Positions 25,359 through 35,455 are shown, counted from the first letter of the stretch. The stretch is 64,000 nucleotides of DNA from Alphaproteobacteria bacterium (GCA_030831315.1 JAURLI010000072.1:20-64019), one strand, 5' to 3'. The notes: generated by a model not told the origin, from the sequence alone. Made by a program: numbers and translations.

Positions 25359-26191
25359 GCGTCCTTCTCTTCCGTCGCGCCGAGTTTGCGCGACAACTCG
25401 CGGGTTACATCCTTGAGGATTCGCGCGGCTTCGCCCGAATAGGACGTGTCGTAGCTGCCGCGCACGCCGATCAAAGTCATGGCGAGGGCGATATGCACGT
25501 CGCGGCCGAATACGGGTGCCGCGATATTCGCGTGATTGGGCGTGCGTTCGCCGATGGCCCGCGTGATGCCGCGCTTGCGCACCTCGTCACGGATCTTAAC
25601 GACCCGTTCCATCGTCATCTGGTCCCTGCCCTCGCGCGCGGCGTTCCATTCCGGAATCTCGCGATCGAGCAACGGCTTGCTCAATTGATCGGATTCGTAG
25701 GCAAGAAACAGGTTGCCGGCCGACGTGGTAAGAAGCGGAAGCACCACGCCTTCGCGGATGCGGATGGGTGTCGACAGGGTCGCATGTTCGCAACGGATCA
25801 CCGTCGGACCGTGGGTGCCCCAGATCGTCAGGGTCGAGACCAGCCCGGTGCGCTGCGACAGGTCGGGCATCGCCGCCATCGCAAGGCGCACGGGATCGAT
25901 GCGGCTGATCGCCGCAAGGCCGAGACGCAGCACCTCTGGTCCCAGATCGTAGCGGCCGGAAATCTCGTCCTGCTCCACCAGCCCACTGTCGACCAGGGCG
26001 CGCAGGTAGCGGTAGGCCCGGCTCGGCGACATATCGGCGGCGGCGGCAACCCGCGTCAGCGTCGTCGGCCCGTCAAAATTCGAGACGACACCAAGCAGAT
26101 GCGCGCCGATCACCAGCGTGCTGTTGCCGCGCGTCTCCGGCGCCTTGGCACGGGGGCGACGGGGTTTCTTGGGAGCGGGCTTGCGGGCCAT
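25355..26191 (-). CDS. IclR-family transcriptional regulator
   Basis: 278 aa. Winged HTH TLTRVAAAADMSPSRAYRYLRALVDSGLVEQDEISGRYDLGP plus an IclR effector domain. Its stop overlaps the convergent 24567..25358 gene by 4 nt (CTAG). Confidence 0.9.
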   Translation of the reverse strand: MARKPAPKKPRRPRAKAPETRGNSTLVIGAHLLGVVSNFDGPTTLTRVAAAADMSPSRAYRYLRALVDSGLVEQDEISGRYDLGPEVLRLGLAAISRIDPVRLAMAAMPDLSQRTGLVSTLTIWGTHGPTVIRCEHATLSTPIRIREGVVLPLLTTSAGNLFLAYESDQLSKPLLDREIPEWNAAREGRDQMTMERVVKIRDEVRKRGITRAIGERTPNHANIAAPVFGRDVHIALAMTLIGVRGSYDTSYSGEAARILKDVTRELSRKLGATEEKDA

Positions 26192-26354
26192 GAACAGCCT
26201 TTCGGTGGGTCGGGGGAATGGCGAAATGCAGGCGGATTATATTTTTGATATTCGAAATAACCAGCCCCGACGACCAGCAAAAAGCAAAAGCCGTTTCCCA
26301 TAGCGCAACGGCTCAGGCAAAATAGCCCTGCCGCGGGCCGCAGGGGAGGCAGGC
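26192..26354. promoter_or_regulatory. Divergent promoter region (IclR / dioxygenase-like operon) with an AT-rich element
   Basis: Contains ggattatatttttgatattcgaaataacc (26235-26262), the only AT-rich patch in the spacer. Confidence 0.4.
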
Positions 26355-27410
26355 GTGAGCCAAGCGAAAGACAAGCCGGGAGGCATCGGAGCGGAAAAGC
26401 GCGATGCCTTCGACCGTCGGGTGCGGGACAGGAACCTGCTCGGCTACTGGATGATTCCCAACCGCTCCGACGGCCACCGCGAGCCCGAACCGGGCTACGG
26501 CGTCCATCTCTGGCACTGGTCGGAGATGCAGGCGATCCTCGACGAGGCCGTCGACAACATCCCCAAGGAAGAAGCCCACCGCCGCTTCATCGGCTACCAG
26601 CATCCCGATCTCAAGATGGGCACGACGCCTAACCTGATGCTCGGCGCCCAGATGCTGATGCCGGGCGAGATGGCGCCCTGCCACCGTCACACGATGGATG
26701 CCGTGCGCTTCGTCGTCGAAGGCGACGGCAGCACCTGTACCGTGGTCGAAGGCGAAGAATTCCCGATGGCGCGCGGCGATCTCGTCACCACGCCGAACTG
26801 GAGCTGGCACGACCACATTTCCGGCGGCGCCAGCCGGACGATCTGGATGGACGCCGCGGTGGCGCCACTGACGACTCATTTCCGTATCGGTTTTGCCGAC
26901 CTGCACCAGGCGCCGCAGCAGACCGTGACGCGCCCGCGCGGCTGGTCGGCGGCCCAGTTCGGTCCGCTGCGGGCGAAGAACCGGGAGTACTCTGCCACCG
27001 CTTACCGCCCGCCTTACCGCTATCCCTGGGTCGAAACGAAAGCCGCCCTCGATGTCCTTGCCGAAGGTGCCGGCGACCCGTACGAGGCCGTGACTCTCTC
27101 CTTTGCCGATCCCCTTTCCGGCGGGCCAACGCTGCCCACCGTCGATTGCGAACTGACAATGCTGCGATCTGGAGAAAAGACTCGTTCCCACCGCCACACG
27201 GCGGCGGCGATCTATCATGTCTTTCAAGGACGCGGCAGCGCTGCGGTCGGAGACGCTCGCGTCGCATGGGAAGAAGGCGATACCTTCGTCGTGCCCAGCT
27301 GGGCCTGGCATGGGCTGGAAAACCGCGGCAGCGAACCCGCGCTGCTGTTTTCCATAAACGACGGCCCGGTGATGAATGCGCTCGGATTCTGGCGGGAAGA
27401 GCGCAGATAA
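26355..27410 (+). CDS. Gentisate 1,2-dioxygenase-family bicupin
   Basis: 351 aa, GTG start after GGGAGG. N-cupin motif MPGEMAPCHRHTMDAVRFVVEGDG...TPNWSWHDH. The C-cupin retains SHRHTAAAIYHVFQGRG. Confidence 0.85.
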   Translation: MSQAKDKPGGIGAEKRDAFDRRVRDRNLLGYWMIPNRSDGHREPEPGYGVHLWHWSEMQAILDEAVDNIPKEEAHRRFIGYQHPDLKMGTTPNLMLGAQMLMPGEMAPCHRHTMDAVRFVVEGDGSTCTVVEGEEFPMARGDLVTTPNWSWHDHISGGASRTIWMDAAVAPLTTHFRIGFADLHQAPQQTVTRPRGWSAAQFGPLRAKNREYSATAYRPPYRYPWVETKAALDVLAEGAGDPYEAVTLSFADPLSGGPTLPTVDCELTMLRSGEKTRSHRHTAAAIYHVFQGRGSAAVGDARVAWEEGDTFVVPSWAWHGLENRGSEPALLFSINDGPVMNALGFWREERR

Positions 27411-27485
27411 CGCCGATAAGGGGTTGCAGCGCTTTGCGAATATTGCGACCCTTGGGCAAATTTCAAAAATACAGGGAGTGTTCAC

Positions 27486-28550
27486 ATGAAGATATCCGCT
27501 TCGCTCCGCTTTGCCGCGCTTGCCGCCGTGACCGCGGCGGCCGTCGCAACGACACCGGCCGTCGCCGAGGTGTCCTTCAAGGGCAAGACGGTCAAGATCA
27601 TCATCAATTCGAAGCCGGGCGGCGGCACCGACGCCAGCGCCCGCCAGGTCGGCGCGCTGCTTGCCGACAATCTGCCGGGCAAGCCGCAGATCGTGTTCCA
27701 GAACCTTCCAGGCGGCGGCGGCATCAAGGCGAATAATTACTTCGCCGCTAAGGTCAAGGGTGACGGCCTGACCGCGCTGGCCGGATCGCGCACCCAGGTC
27801 AGCCCCTACAAGCTGCGCCACAAGAGCGTGAAATACGATCCGGGCAAGTACCGCTTTGTCGGCGGCACAGCCCGTCTCGGCACCATCATCCTGATCAACA
27901 AGGATCCGAAAATTCAGGCGCGGCTCATGGACAAGTCCCAGAAGCCGGTCGCCTTCGGCGCCATCGACGGCGAACGCACCGGCGACCATGCCGCCGTCTG
28001 GGCGATGGAATACCTCGGCTGGAATCTCAAGTTCGTGCTGGGCTACGCGGGCACGTCGGAAATGCTGCTGGCGGCGCGCCGCGGCGAAGTCGACATGGTC
28101 AACAACCAGACCGTGTTCAATGTCATGCCGCTAATGAACGACAACATGAAGGCGATCGTCCAGCTCGGCAACCGCGACGACAACGACAAGTTTGTCGAGC
28201 GCGTCGAATTCAAGGGCGTGCCGGTTCTGGGCGACATGCTGAAAGGCAAGCTCGACGCCAAGGCGGCAAAGTCCTACGCGGGCTGGCTCGACGACCAGAC
28301 CGTGGAAAAGTGGATCGCCCTGCCCGCCGGCACTCCCGACGACCTGACCAAGGCCTGGCGCGATGCCCATGACAAGGTGATGAAGGATCCCAAGTTCGTC
28401 GAGCTCGCCAAGCGGGAATTCGGCGGCGACTTCGGCTGGTATACGGGCCGGCAGATGGACAGCATCGTGAAAAATCTCGTCGCCACCACGGACGAGGACC
28501 TCGCCTTCTTCATCAACCTGCGCAAGAAGCACGGGCTGCCCATTCAGTAA
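27486..28550 (+). CDS. TctC/Bug-family binding protein (EVxFKGK subfamily, no C-terminal extension)
   Basis: 354 aa. Signal peptide MKISASLRFAALAAVTAAAVATTPAVAEV, motif NSKPGGGTDASARQVGALLADNLPGKP. Colinear with 1042..2364 and 47248..48561 but ends where their extra domain begins. Confidence 0.85.
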   Translation: MKISASLRFAALAAVTAAAVATTPAVAEVSFKGKTVKIIINSKPGGGTDASARQVGALLADNLPGKPQIVFQNLPGGGGIKANNYFAAKVKGDGLTALAGSRTQVSPYKLRHKSVKYDPGKYRFVGGTARLGTIILINKDPKIQARLMDKSQKPVAFGAIDGERTGDHAAVWAMEYLGWNLKFVLGYAGTSEMLLAARRGEVDMVNNQTVFNVMPLMNDNMKAIVQLGNRDDNDKFVERVEFKGVPVLGDMLKGKLDAKAAKSYAGWLDDQTVEKWIALPAGTPDDLTKAWRDAHDKVMKDPKFVELAKREFGGDFGWYTGRQMDSIVKNLVATTDEDLAFFINLRKKHGLPIQ

Positions 28551-28559
28551 TCCATCAGC

Positions 28560-28600
28560 GCGCAGCCGGCGATTACCCCCGCCGGCTGCGCAACTTCTTT
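28560..28600 (+). terminator. Candidate intrinsic terminator/attenuator between the binding-protein gene and the permease gene
   Basis: 12-bp GC stem (gcgcagccggcg / cgccggctgcgc) with an 8-nt loop, followed by the pyrimidine-rich aacttcttttcctttcccc. It lies 10 nt after the stop at 28550. Confidence 0.45.
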
Positions 28601-28634
28601 TCCTTTCCCCGTTGACCGGGCCTCAATCCAGAAC

Positions 28635-30632
28635 ATGAAAGACCTTTACGATCCGTCGGCCATGCTCAATGGCTTCCTCGGCCTGATGACTCCGGCCGGG
28701 ATCGCCCTGATCATCGCCGGCACCGTCGTCTGCTCGATCTTCGCCGCCATGCCCGGCATCGGCACGCTGCTGCTGCTCTCGATGGTTCTGCCCTACGCGA
28801 TGAAGCTCGATCCCTTCCTGTGCATCGCGCTGCTCATCAGCATCGGCGCGGTCGGCGGCACGGCCAGCACGTTTTCGTCCGTCCTGATCGCAGTGCCGGG
28901 CACCGCCGGGTCACAGGCGACGATCCTCGACGGCCACCCGATGGCCAAGCGTGGCGAAGCCGCGCGCGCCTTCGGTGCCGCCTATGTCGGCTCCGCCGTC
29001 GGCGGCCTGTTCGGCGGGCTGGTCTTCGTACTCTCGCTGCCGGTGATGAAGCCGCTGGTCTTCGCGCTGGGATCGCCGGAATTCATGATGCTGGTACTGT
29101 GGGGCCTGTCGGCGGTCGGCGTGCTCTCGGGCAATGCGCCGGTGAAGGGCCTGATGGCGGCGGCACTTGGCCTCGGTCTGTCGCTGATCGGCACCGACGC
29201 GCGCACCGGCATAGAGCGCTTCACCTTCGAAGACTATTACCTGTGGAACGGCATCCACCTCGTCCTCATCGCGCTCGGCATCTTCGCCGTGCCGGAACTG
29301 GTGGACCTTTCCGTGCGTCGCACCTCGGTCGCGGAAGCGGGGCGCATCGGCAAAGGCCAATGGGAAGGCGCCAAGGACGTCTATCGTCATTGGTGGCTGG
29401 TGCTGCGCAGTTCCGTTGTCGGCGTCTGGGTGGGGATGATCCCCGGCCTCGGCTCCTCGGTCGCGGACTGGTTTGCCTATGCCCACGCGGTGCAGACGGA
29501 AAAGAACCCCGAAAAATTCGGCACCGGCGACGTGCGCGGCGTGCTGGCGCCTGAAAGCGCCAACAATGCCAAGGAAGGCGGCGACCTGATCCCCTCGATC
29601 CTGTTCGGCGTTCCCGGCGGCACATCGATGGCGCTGATGCTGACGGCCTTCATTTCCGTCGGCATACAGCCCGGAGAAAAGATGCTGGGCGAACAGTTGC
29701 CCTACCTCTACGCGATGCTGTGGGTGCTGATCATTTCCAACCTTATCGCCACCAGCATCTCGATGGGATTCGCCAACAGCTTCGCCAAGCTGTCGCTGGC
29801 ACCTTTCTACGCCATCGTGCCGATGACGCTGATCTTCTGCGTCGTCGCCGCCTTCAGCGCCAACTACGCCTGGGCCGACTTTCTGGTCCTGGCGATCTTC
29901 TCCGTCGTCGGCATCATCATGAAGCGCCACGGCTGGCCGCGCCCGCCCCTGCTGGTGGCCGTGGTGCTGGGGCCACAGTTGCAGAACTATCTGTGGCTGA
30001 CCGTGGAACGCTATGAGCCGCAGGAGTGGATGCTGCGCCCGGGCGTCATGGCCTTCGCCGCGCTGATCGCCCTTACCGTTGCCGTACCGATCATTCGCAA
30101 TCGCCGGCGCAAGGCGCGCGGCATGCACATGGATCTTGCCAGCGAAGGGCCGAAGGTCGGCCCGAAGGGCGATATCGCTATCGTCGCCTTCTATCTTGCG
30201 CTGGCGGCATTTGCCGTGAGCCAGGCCGTCGCCTGGCCGGCCAAGGCCGCGGTCCCGGTCTACGCCTTTGCCGCCTTCGGCAGCGCCCTTGCGGTCGCAC
30301 AACTGGCACTCAGCCTGATGGCGCTCAGGCGGAGCGGTAACGTCGCTTACGCGCCCACCGACGAAGACCGCGAGAAAGCACGCCGCTTCCGGGAAATCAT
30401 CCTGTGGATCGGGGGTTTGGGTGCCGGCATCATCGTTGTCGGCTTCACCGTGACGCTGTTCCTGTTTCCGCTGCTCTATGCGCGGCGCTACGGCGGCGGC
30501 TGGAAGCTGGCGCTCGGCATGGGCATCAGCGCGGTCGCCATATTGATCGGGATTTTCGACACGCTGATCCACATCATCTGGCCGGAACCGCTCGTCGAGC
30601 TGCTGTGGGACGCGATCTTCCCCGGCAAATAG
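28635..30632 (+). CDS. TTT permease: TctA domain fused to a C-terminal TctB-like four-helix module
   Basis: 665 aa. Residues ~1-500 are colinear with TctA (e.g. MIPGLGSSVADWFAYAHA, DLIPSILFGVPGG). Residues ~505-665 add four hydrophobic helices ending LLWDAIFPGK, comparable to the standalone TctB end FFWKFLEFPLP. Confidence 0.85.
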   Translation: MKDLYDPSAMLNGFLGLMTPAGIALIIAGTVVCSIFAAMPGIGTLLLLSMVLPYAMKLDPFLCIALLISIGAVGGTASTFSSVLIAVPGTAGSQATILDGHPMAKRGEAARAFGAAYVGSAVGGLFGGLVFVLSLPVMKPLVFALGSPEFMMLVLWGLSAVGVLSGNAPVKGLMAAALGLGLSLIGTDARTGIERFTFEDYYLWNGIHLVLIALGIFAVPELVDLSVRRTSVAEAGRIGKGQWEGAKDVYRHWWLVLRSSVVGVWVGMIPGLGSSVADWFAYAHAVQTEKNPEKFGTGDVRGVLAPESANNAKEGGDLIPSILFGVPGGTSMALMLTAFISVGIQPGEKMLGEQLPYLYAMLWVLIISNLIATSISMGFANSFAKLSLAPFYAIVPMTLIFCVVAAFSANYAWADFLVLAIFSVVGIIMKRHGWPRPPLLVAVVLGPQLQNYLWLTVERYEPQEWMLRPGVMAFAALIALTVAVPIIRNRRRKARGMHMDLASEGPKVGPKGDIAIVAFYLALAAFAVSQAVAWPAKAAVPVYAFAAFGSALAVAQLALSLMALRRSGNVAYAPTDEDREKARRFREIILWIGGLGAGIIVVGFTVTLFLFPLLYARRYGGGWKLALGMGISAVAILIGIFDTLIHIIWPEPLVELLWDAIFPGK

Positions 30633-30635
30633 CCG

Positions 30636-31757
30636 CTAGCGGGGGATATTGTCCTCGTCGAGGTACCTGCCCATGGCGCAGGCGACTCCGCTCTTTTCCA
30701 GTTCCGCCAGGAACATCCGGTGGATGCGCGGATCCTGGTTTTGGTACTCGATCTGGTTGCCGCCCTTGTTGACGTCGATATCGACGCCGCGCTTGATGGC
30801 GCGTTTTTCCTCGGTGAAAGGATAGCGGGTCGAACCCATCGCGGTCGCGAGGTAACGCGCCGGAACGGCAGCCGTGTTGAAGTGCTGGTGCCAGATCATG
30901 TCGGTGGGCGCGAACACCGAGCCCTGCTTCCAGTCGAAGCGCTTCAGTTCTTCATCGCCATCGTGCCAAAACAGCGAATAACCGTGCCCCGACACGATGA
31001 AGACATGAAAGTCCGGCCCGTGACGGTGGCCCTTCTTGTAGGTGCCCACGCCCATCTGCGAACAATGGGCGTGCAGGTTGCCGTCGGCGAGGCAGAACTG
31101 CACATGGGCGCTGCCCGCCCCGCGCTGGTTCCATGACTGGACCTCGAAACCCGCGACATCGGCCACGAAATTAGTCTCCCACATCCTGAGCCCGCGATGC
31201 ACCGTGCTGCGCGCGCCGCTGCCTTCAAACCACGATCCATCGGCCCCTTCACGCAGCGGGAATTTCCAGCCGTTGGCGAAGATGAAGTCATCGTCATGGA
31301 TGAGATTCATGATCAGGCAGAGGTTGTTGGTGGAGGCCAGCCTTGCGCGCTCGCTGCCGGATCCGTTGAAGATCTGGTAGCGGGCGTTAAGCGGGATCGC
31401 AAACAGCGAATTCGGCCCCCATTCGAAACTGCGCTTTTCGCCGTTGGCCATCTCGATCGTCGTCGAGCCGTGGCCCGATACGACAAGGAACACCTCTTCG
31501 TAGAGATGCCCCTGGGGCACAGTCTTGGCCCCCGGGGCCAGATCGAACAGGAACACCGATACAAAATCGCCGCGGCCTTTCAGATGCACGAAGGCGGCTT
31601 CGACCCCTGCCCGCGCCCAGTGCGCGGTCGGTGCCGTGTGCAGATCGACGCAGAAATCCTCGATCACCGGCAGGCCCTCTGCCTCGCACCAGTCGAGGTA
31701 GGGCTCCAGCAGGATGCCGGTGTACTGGATCTGCTTCTTGAGGTCTTCGAGCGCCAT
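30636..31757 (-). CDS. Bicupin protein, paralog 1 of a tandem array (function unknown; metal site only in the C-terminal cupin)
   Basis: ORF track 30636..32297 trimmed to MALEDLKKQIQY.... The ATG shares 1 nt with the upstream stop (TGATG). Motifs FEWGPNSLFAIPLNARYQIFNGSG, MWETNFVADV, VGTYKKGHRHGPDFHVFIVSGHGYSLFW and WHQHFNT. Confidence 0.85.
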   Translation of the reverse strand: MALEDLKKQIQYTGILLEPYLDWCEAEGLPVIEDFCVDLHTAPTAHWARAGVEAAFVHLKGRGDFVSVFLFDLAPGAKTVPQGHLYEEVFLVVSGHGSTTIEMANGEKRSFEWGPNSLFAIPLNARYQIFNGSGSERARLASTNNLCLIMNLIHDDDFIFANGWKFPLREGADGSWFEGSGARSTVHRGLRMWETNFVADVAGFEVQSWNQRGAGSAHVQFCLADGNLHAHCSQMGVGTYKKGHRHGPDFHVFIVSGHGYSLFWHDGDEELKRFDWKQGSVFAPTDMIWHQHFNTAAVPARYLATAMGSTRYPFTEEKRAIKRGVDIDVNKGGNQIEYQNQDPRIHRMFLAELEKSGVACAMGRYLDEDNIPR

Positions 31758-32869
31758 CAGTATCCGCTTTCGTCGATGTATTCGCCCATCAGCGACGTGA
31801 CGCCGTTCTTGCGCAGCTCGGACAGGAACAGTGCATGAATGCGTGGGTCCTGATCGTGATATTCGATCTGGTTGCCGCCCTTCTTCACGTCCACGTCGAC
31901 GCCGAGCGTGATCTGTTTCTTGGCGGTGGTCAGCGGATAGCGCGTGGAACCGAGCGCCAGCGGCAGATAGCGCGCCGGGTTGGGCCCGGTGTTGAAATGT
32001 TGGTGGAAGATGTTGTCTACCGGCGCAAACACGACGCCGGGCGCCCAGTCGACGCGGCGGAAGTCCTTGTCGCCTTCGAACCAGAACAGCGAATAGCCGC
32101 TGCCCGAAAGCAACAGCACATGGAAGTCGGCACCGTGGCGATGGCCCTTCTTGTAGGTACCGACGGCCATTTCCGAGGTGTGTACGTGCACCACCCCGTC
32201 GGCCAGCGCGAAGCGCATGTTGGACGACCGCCCGCCGCGCTTTTCCCAGCCTTCGAGCTTGAAGTTGGCGACATCGGCGACAAAGTTGGTTTCCCACATG
32301 AAGCGTCCGGGCTGGGTTTCGATCTTTTCGCCCTCGCCGTCGAAATAGCCGGGCTTTCCGATGCGGCCGGGAAACAGCGCGTCATTGGCGAAGATGAAAT
32401 CGCGGTCGTGAAAGATGTTCAGCATGATCGGCAGCGAATTGGCCGAGATCAGACGCGCCTTCTCGCGCCCCGATCCGTTGAAATGCTGGTATCGCGTATT
32501 GAGCGGCAGCGCGAACAGGGAATTCGGCCCCCATTCGAAAGTGTGCCGTGTCCCATCGATCTCCACCATGGTCGAGCCATGGCCCGACAGGACGTAGATC
32601 ACCTCTTCATAGACGTGACGCTGGGGAAGCGTCTTGCCACCGGGCGCCAGATCAAGGACGAACAGGGCCATGAAGTCGCCGCGCCCATCCAGATGTACAA
32701 AGGCCGCATCGGCGCCGAGCCGCGGCCAGGGCGCGGTTTTTACCTCGTGCAGGTTGACGGCGAATTCCCGCACGACGGGCACGCCTTCGTCCGCGCTCCA
32801 TTCGAGATAAGGATCGCGCAGGTAGTCGATGCCTTCGCGCCCCTGTGGCGCTTCTTCGGTCGCACTCAT
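31757..32869 (-). CDS. Bicupin protein, paralog 2 of the tandem array
   Basis: ORF track 31757..33184 trimmed to MSATEEAPQGREGIDYL.... The start overlaps the upstream stop (ATGA). Same motif set (FEWGPNSLFALPLNTRYQHFNGSG, VGTYKKGHRHGADFHV, FHQHFNTG). Confidence 0.85.
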   Translation of the reverse strand: MSATEEAPQGREGIDYLRDPYLEWSADEGVPVVREFAVNLHEVKTAPWPRLGADAAFVHLDGRGDFMALFVLDLAPGGKTLPQRHVYEEVIYVLSGHGSTMVEIDGTRHTFEWGPNSLFALPLNTRYQHFNGSGREKARLISANSLPIMLNIFHDRDFIFANDALFPGRIGKPGYFDGEGEKIETQPGRFMWETNFVADVANFKLEGWEKRGGRSSNMRFALADGVVHVHTSEMAVGTYKKGHRHGADFHVLLLSGSGYSLFWFEGDKDFRRVDWAPGVVFAPVDNIFHQHFNTGPNPARYLPLALGSTRYPLTTAKKQITLGVDVDVKKGGNQIEYHDQDPRIHALFLSELRKNGVTSLMGEYIDESGY

Positions 32870-33975
32870 TCCCTGATAAAACCTTCCATCTTCGGGGCGA
32901 GGCCGATCTTTTCCATCGCCTCCACGTACATGCGGTGAATGCGCGGGTCCTGATCCCCGTATTCGATCTGGTTGCCGCCCTGTTTCACGTCGACGTCGAT
33001 GCCCTGGTATATGCGCCACATGTTCTGGGTGAAGGGATAGCGCACGCTGCCGTGGCCGACGGCGAGGTAACGCACCGGCTCTGCCCCAGTATTGAAATGC
33101 TGGTGGAACATCATGTCGGGCGGCGCGAACACCCAGCCGTGGCACCAGTCGACGCGGGTAATGTCGTCGTCGCCTTCGTACCACAGCAGCGAGTAGCCGG
33201 TGCCCGACAGGCAGTAAACGTGAACGTCCGGCCCATGCCGGTGCGCCTTCTTGTAGGTGCCGACGGGCATTTCCGAGACATGGGCATGCAGGATGCCGTC
33301 AGCGAGGATGAGCTGGATATGCGAGCCGCCCGCCCCGCGCGCCGCCCATTTCTCGAGCTTGAGATCGGTCGCATCGGGCACGAAATTGGTTTCCCACATG
33401 TGCTTGCCCGGACGCACGGCGATGAAGTCGCCATCGCCCCGGAAATGTCCCTCTCCGCCCTCGCGCTCGGGAAAGCGCGCCAGATTGTCGAAAACGAAGC
33501 TCTCGCTGTGGAACAGGTTCATCACGGCGGGCAGGTTCGACGATACGGCGAGGCGCACCGGTTCGGAGCCCGAGCCGTTGAAATGCCGGTAGCGGGCGTT
33601 GAGCGGCGGCGCGAAAATGCTGTTGGGACCCCATTCGAAGGTGTGGCTGCGGCCTTCGCTGTCCTCAACCGTCGTGGTGCCGCGCCCCGACAAGACGTAA
33701 ACGACCGATTCGCAGAGATGACGCACGGGCGCGCTGGCGCCCCCCGGCGGAATTTCCCAGACGAACACGGTCATGAAATCGCCGCGTCCCTGCACGTGGG
33801 CGATGGCGCCGTTCACGCCGAAACGCGGCCACGGCTTGACGTCGAGATCGAGAAGATTGAAGCCGAAGGCTTCGAAGATCGGCACCCCCTGCCCCTTCGC
33901 CCATTCAAGGTAGGGATCCACCATGAACTTTCCGGCGGGAACCGCGGCACCAGTCTGGGAGGTCTCGGACGCCAT
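32866..33975 (-). CDS. Bicupin protein, paralog 3 of the tandem array
   Basis: ORF track 32866..34041 trimmed to MASETSQTGAAVPAGKF..., 10 nt after the stop of UbiD paralog B. Motifs FEWGPNSIFAPPLNARYRHFNGSG, VGTYKKAHRHGPDVHV and FHQHFNTG. Confidence 0.85.
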   Translation of the reverse strand: MASETSQTGAAVPAGKFMVDPYLEWAKGQGVPIFEAFGFNLLDLDVKPWPRFGVNGAIAHVQGRGDFMTVFVWEIPPGGASAPVRHLCESVVYVLSGRGTTTVEDSEGRSHTFEWGPNSIFAPPLNARYRHFNGSGSEPVRLAVSSNLPAVMNLFHSESFVFDNLARFPEREGGEGHFRGDGDFIAVRPGKHMWETNFVPDATDLKLEKWAARGAGGSHIQLILADGILHAHVSEMPVGTYKKAHRHGPDVHVYCLSGTGYSLLWYEGDDDITRVDWCHGWVFAPPDMMFHQHFNTGAEPVRYLAVGHGSVRYPFTQNMWRIYQGIDVDVKQGGNQIEYGDQDPRIHRMYVEAMEKIGLAPKMEGFIRE

Positions 33976-33985
33976 CACCTGTCCT

Positions 33986-35455
33986 TCAGTCCCGCAGGAA
34001 CTTGAGCTTGTCGCGCCACTTGGCGCGGACTTCCTCGGCATAGCCCTTGCTCACCGCATTGACCTTTGGGAAGTCGTCCTTCCAGTGCCAGGGCCGGACG
34101 GCGTAGACGATCATGCGCGAATTGGTGATGTCGTCTTTTTCGCGCTTTTCAGGCGACAGCGCCGGGTCGATATGCCCAGTCCAGCAGCCGTCGATGATGT
34201 CGGTCTGGGTCTTGGGGTCCCAGCGCGTCGCCATCGCCCACATCACCTCGGCGGGCTTGGTGATGTCGATATCGTCGTCGACGACCACGATCATGCGCGC
34301 CATGTAGGCACCCGGCCGGCATCCCGCCAGCACAAGGCCCGCCATCTTGGCGTGGCCCGCGTGCATCTGCTTGATCGAGACCACCGGAATGAAGCGCGAG
34401 CCGCCGCCCTGCAACAGCCACACGCCGGTCACCCCCGGCACGCCCGCGCCTTCCAGCGCGTCCCACAACCCGGCAAGGCGCGGAATTTTGATCTGGCGGC
34501 CCGGATAGTTGGGCTTCACCGGCGGCTGACCGAGGATGATCGGATCGTTGCGATGATAGACGGCCTTAACGTGGACCACCGGCTCCGGCCGGTCGGCGGA
34601 TGCGTAATAGCCCGGCCATTCGCCGAACGGCCCCTCGGTCGCCGATTCCTTGTCGAGCGGCGGCATGAAGCCCTCGAAAACCAGTTCCGCGTCCGCCGGG
34701 AAAGGCAGGCCCGTATGCTTGCCGCGCACGGTCTTGACCGCCTGTCCGACGCGCCCGCCGGCAATCGCCAACTCGCTCTCGCCGTCCTTGGCCGAAAGCG
34801 AGGCGACGACGCCCAGAACCGGCGCCTGTCCGACGACGACGGCGATCGGGCAGGCCTCGCCCTTGTCCCAGTATTTCTTGCGGATCACGTCGCCGTGCTT
34901 GCCGGGTTCTATGAACACGGACAGGCGCTTGTCGTCCTGGATCATCACGCGATAGGTGCCGATGTTCACCCAGTCGCTGTCGGGATCCTTGGTCACGATC
35001 AGGCATTCTGTGCCGATGTAATTGCCGCCGTCGCCTTCGTGCCAACGCGGCGCCGGGTAGTTCGACAGGTTGACCGCGGCACCCTCGACGATGTTGTCCA
35101 TGACCGGGCCGCTGTTGACGTCCTGGGGCGGGATCGGCTCGCTTTTCTGCTTGGGCCGCGCGCGATAGGCGCGCACCGCATCGAGGCTGATATCGCCGAC
35201 CAGGAAGCGCGATGTGCGCACGTTCGAAAGGATGCGAAAGCGCGGATCGAAGCCGGGAATATCCTCGAACAGCAGCACCGGCGGATAGGTATGCTCGTTC
35301 GAAAGTTCGAACAGCGCGCCGATTTCAAGGTCGGCCTTTGCCCCTTTGACGCGCACCAGCTCGCCCTCGGCCTCGGCCTCGCGCAGGAAGACGCGCAGGT
35401 CGGCCATCGCCTCCTGCCGCCGTTCGCGCACATCGTCTTTTTTGCTTTCCGCCAT
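33986..35455 (-). CDS. UbiD-family decarboxylase, paralog B (short class, 489 aa)
   Basis: Motifs WVNIGTYRVMI, TEGPFGEWPGYYAS, QMHAGHAKMAGL and WDPKTQTDIIDGCWTGHIDP. Embedded between bicupin genes. Confidence 0.9.
   Translation of the reverse strand: MAESKKDDVRERRQEAMADLRVFLREAEAEGELVRVKGAKADLEIGALFELSNEHTYPPVLLFEDIPGFDPRFRILSNVRTSRFLVGDISLDAVRAYRARPKQKSEPIPPQDVNSGPVMDNIVEGAAVNLSNYPAPRWHEGDGGNYIGTECLIVTKDPDSDWVNIGTYRVMIQDDKRLSVFIEPGKHGDVIRKKYWDKGEACPIAVVVGQAPVLGVVASLSAKDGESELAIAGGRVGQAVKTVRGKHTGLPFPADAELVFEGFMPPLDKESATEGPFGEWPGYYASADRPEPVVHVKAVYHRNDPIILGQPPVKPNYPGRQIKIPRLAGLWDALEGAGVPGVTGVWLLQGGGSRFIPVVSIKQMHAGHAKMAGLVLAGCRPGAYMARMIVVVDDDIDITKPAEVMWAMATRWDPKTQTDIIDGCWTGHIDPALSPEKREKDDITNSRMIVYAVRPWHWKDDFPKVNAVSKGYAEEVRAKWRDKLKFLRD

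Noticed and set aside
23484-27410. Reading the three GDO-like genes as a classical gentisate pathway.
   Set aside because: No maleylpyruvate isomerase, fumarylpyruvate or maleylpyruvate hydrolase, or salicylate/3-hydroxybenzoate hydroxylase is present. The lone GST at 11830 is distant and in another operon. Only the family assignment is kept, not the substrate.
23427-30572. Long antisense ORFs 23427..25211 (-), 26313..27989 (-) and 28911..30572 (-).
   Set aside because: These are opposite-strand shadows of the GDO-like, HO-fold, TctC-like and TctAB genes. No motifs are present and no SD-supported starts.
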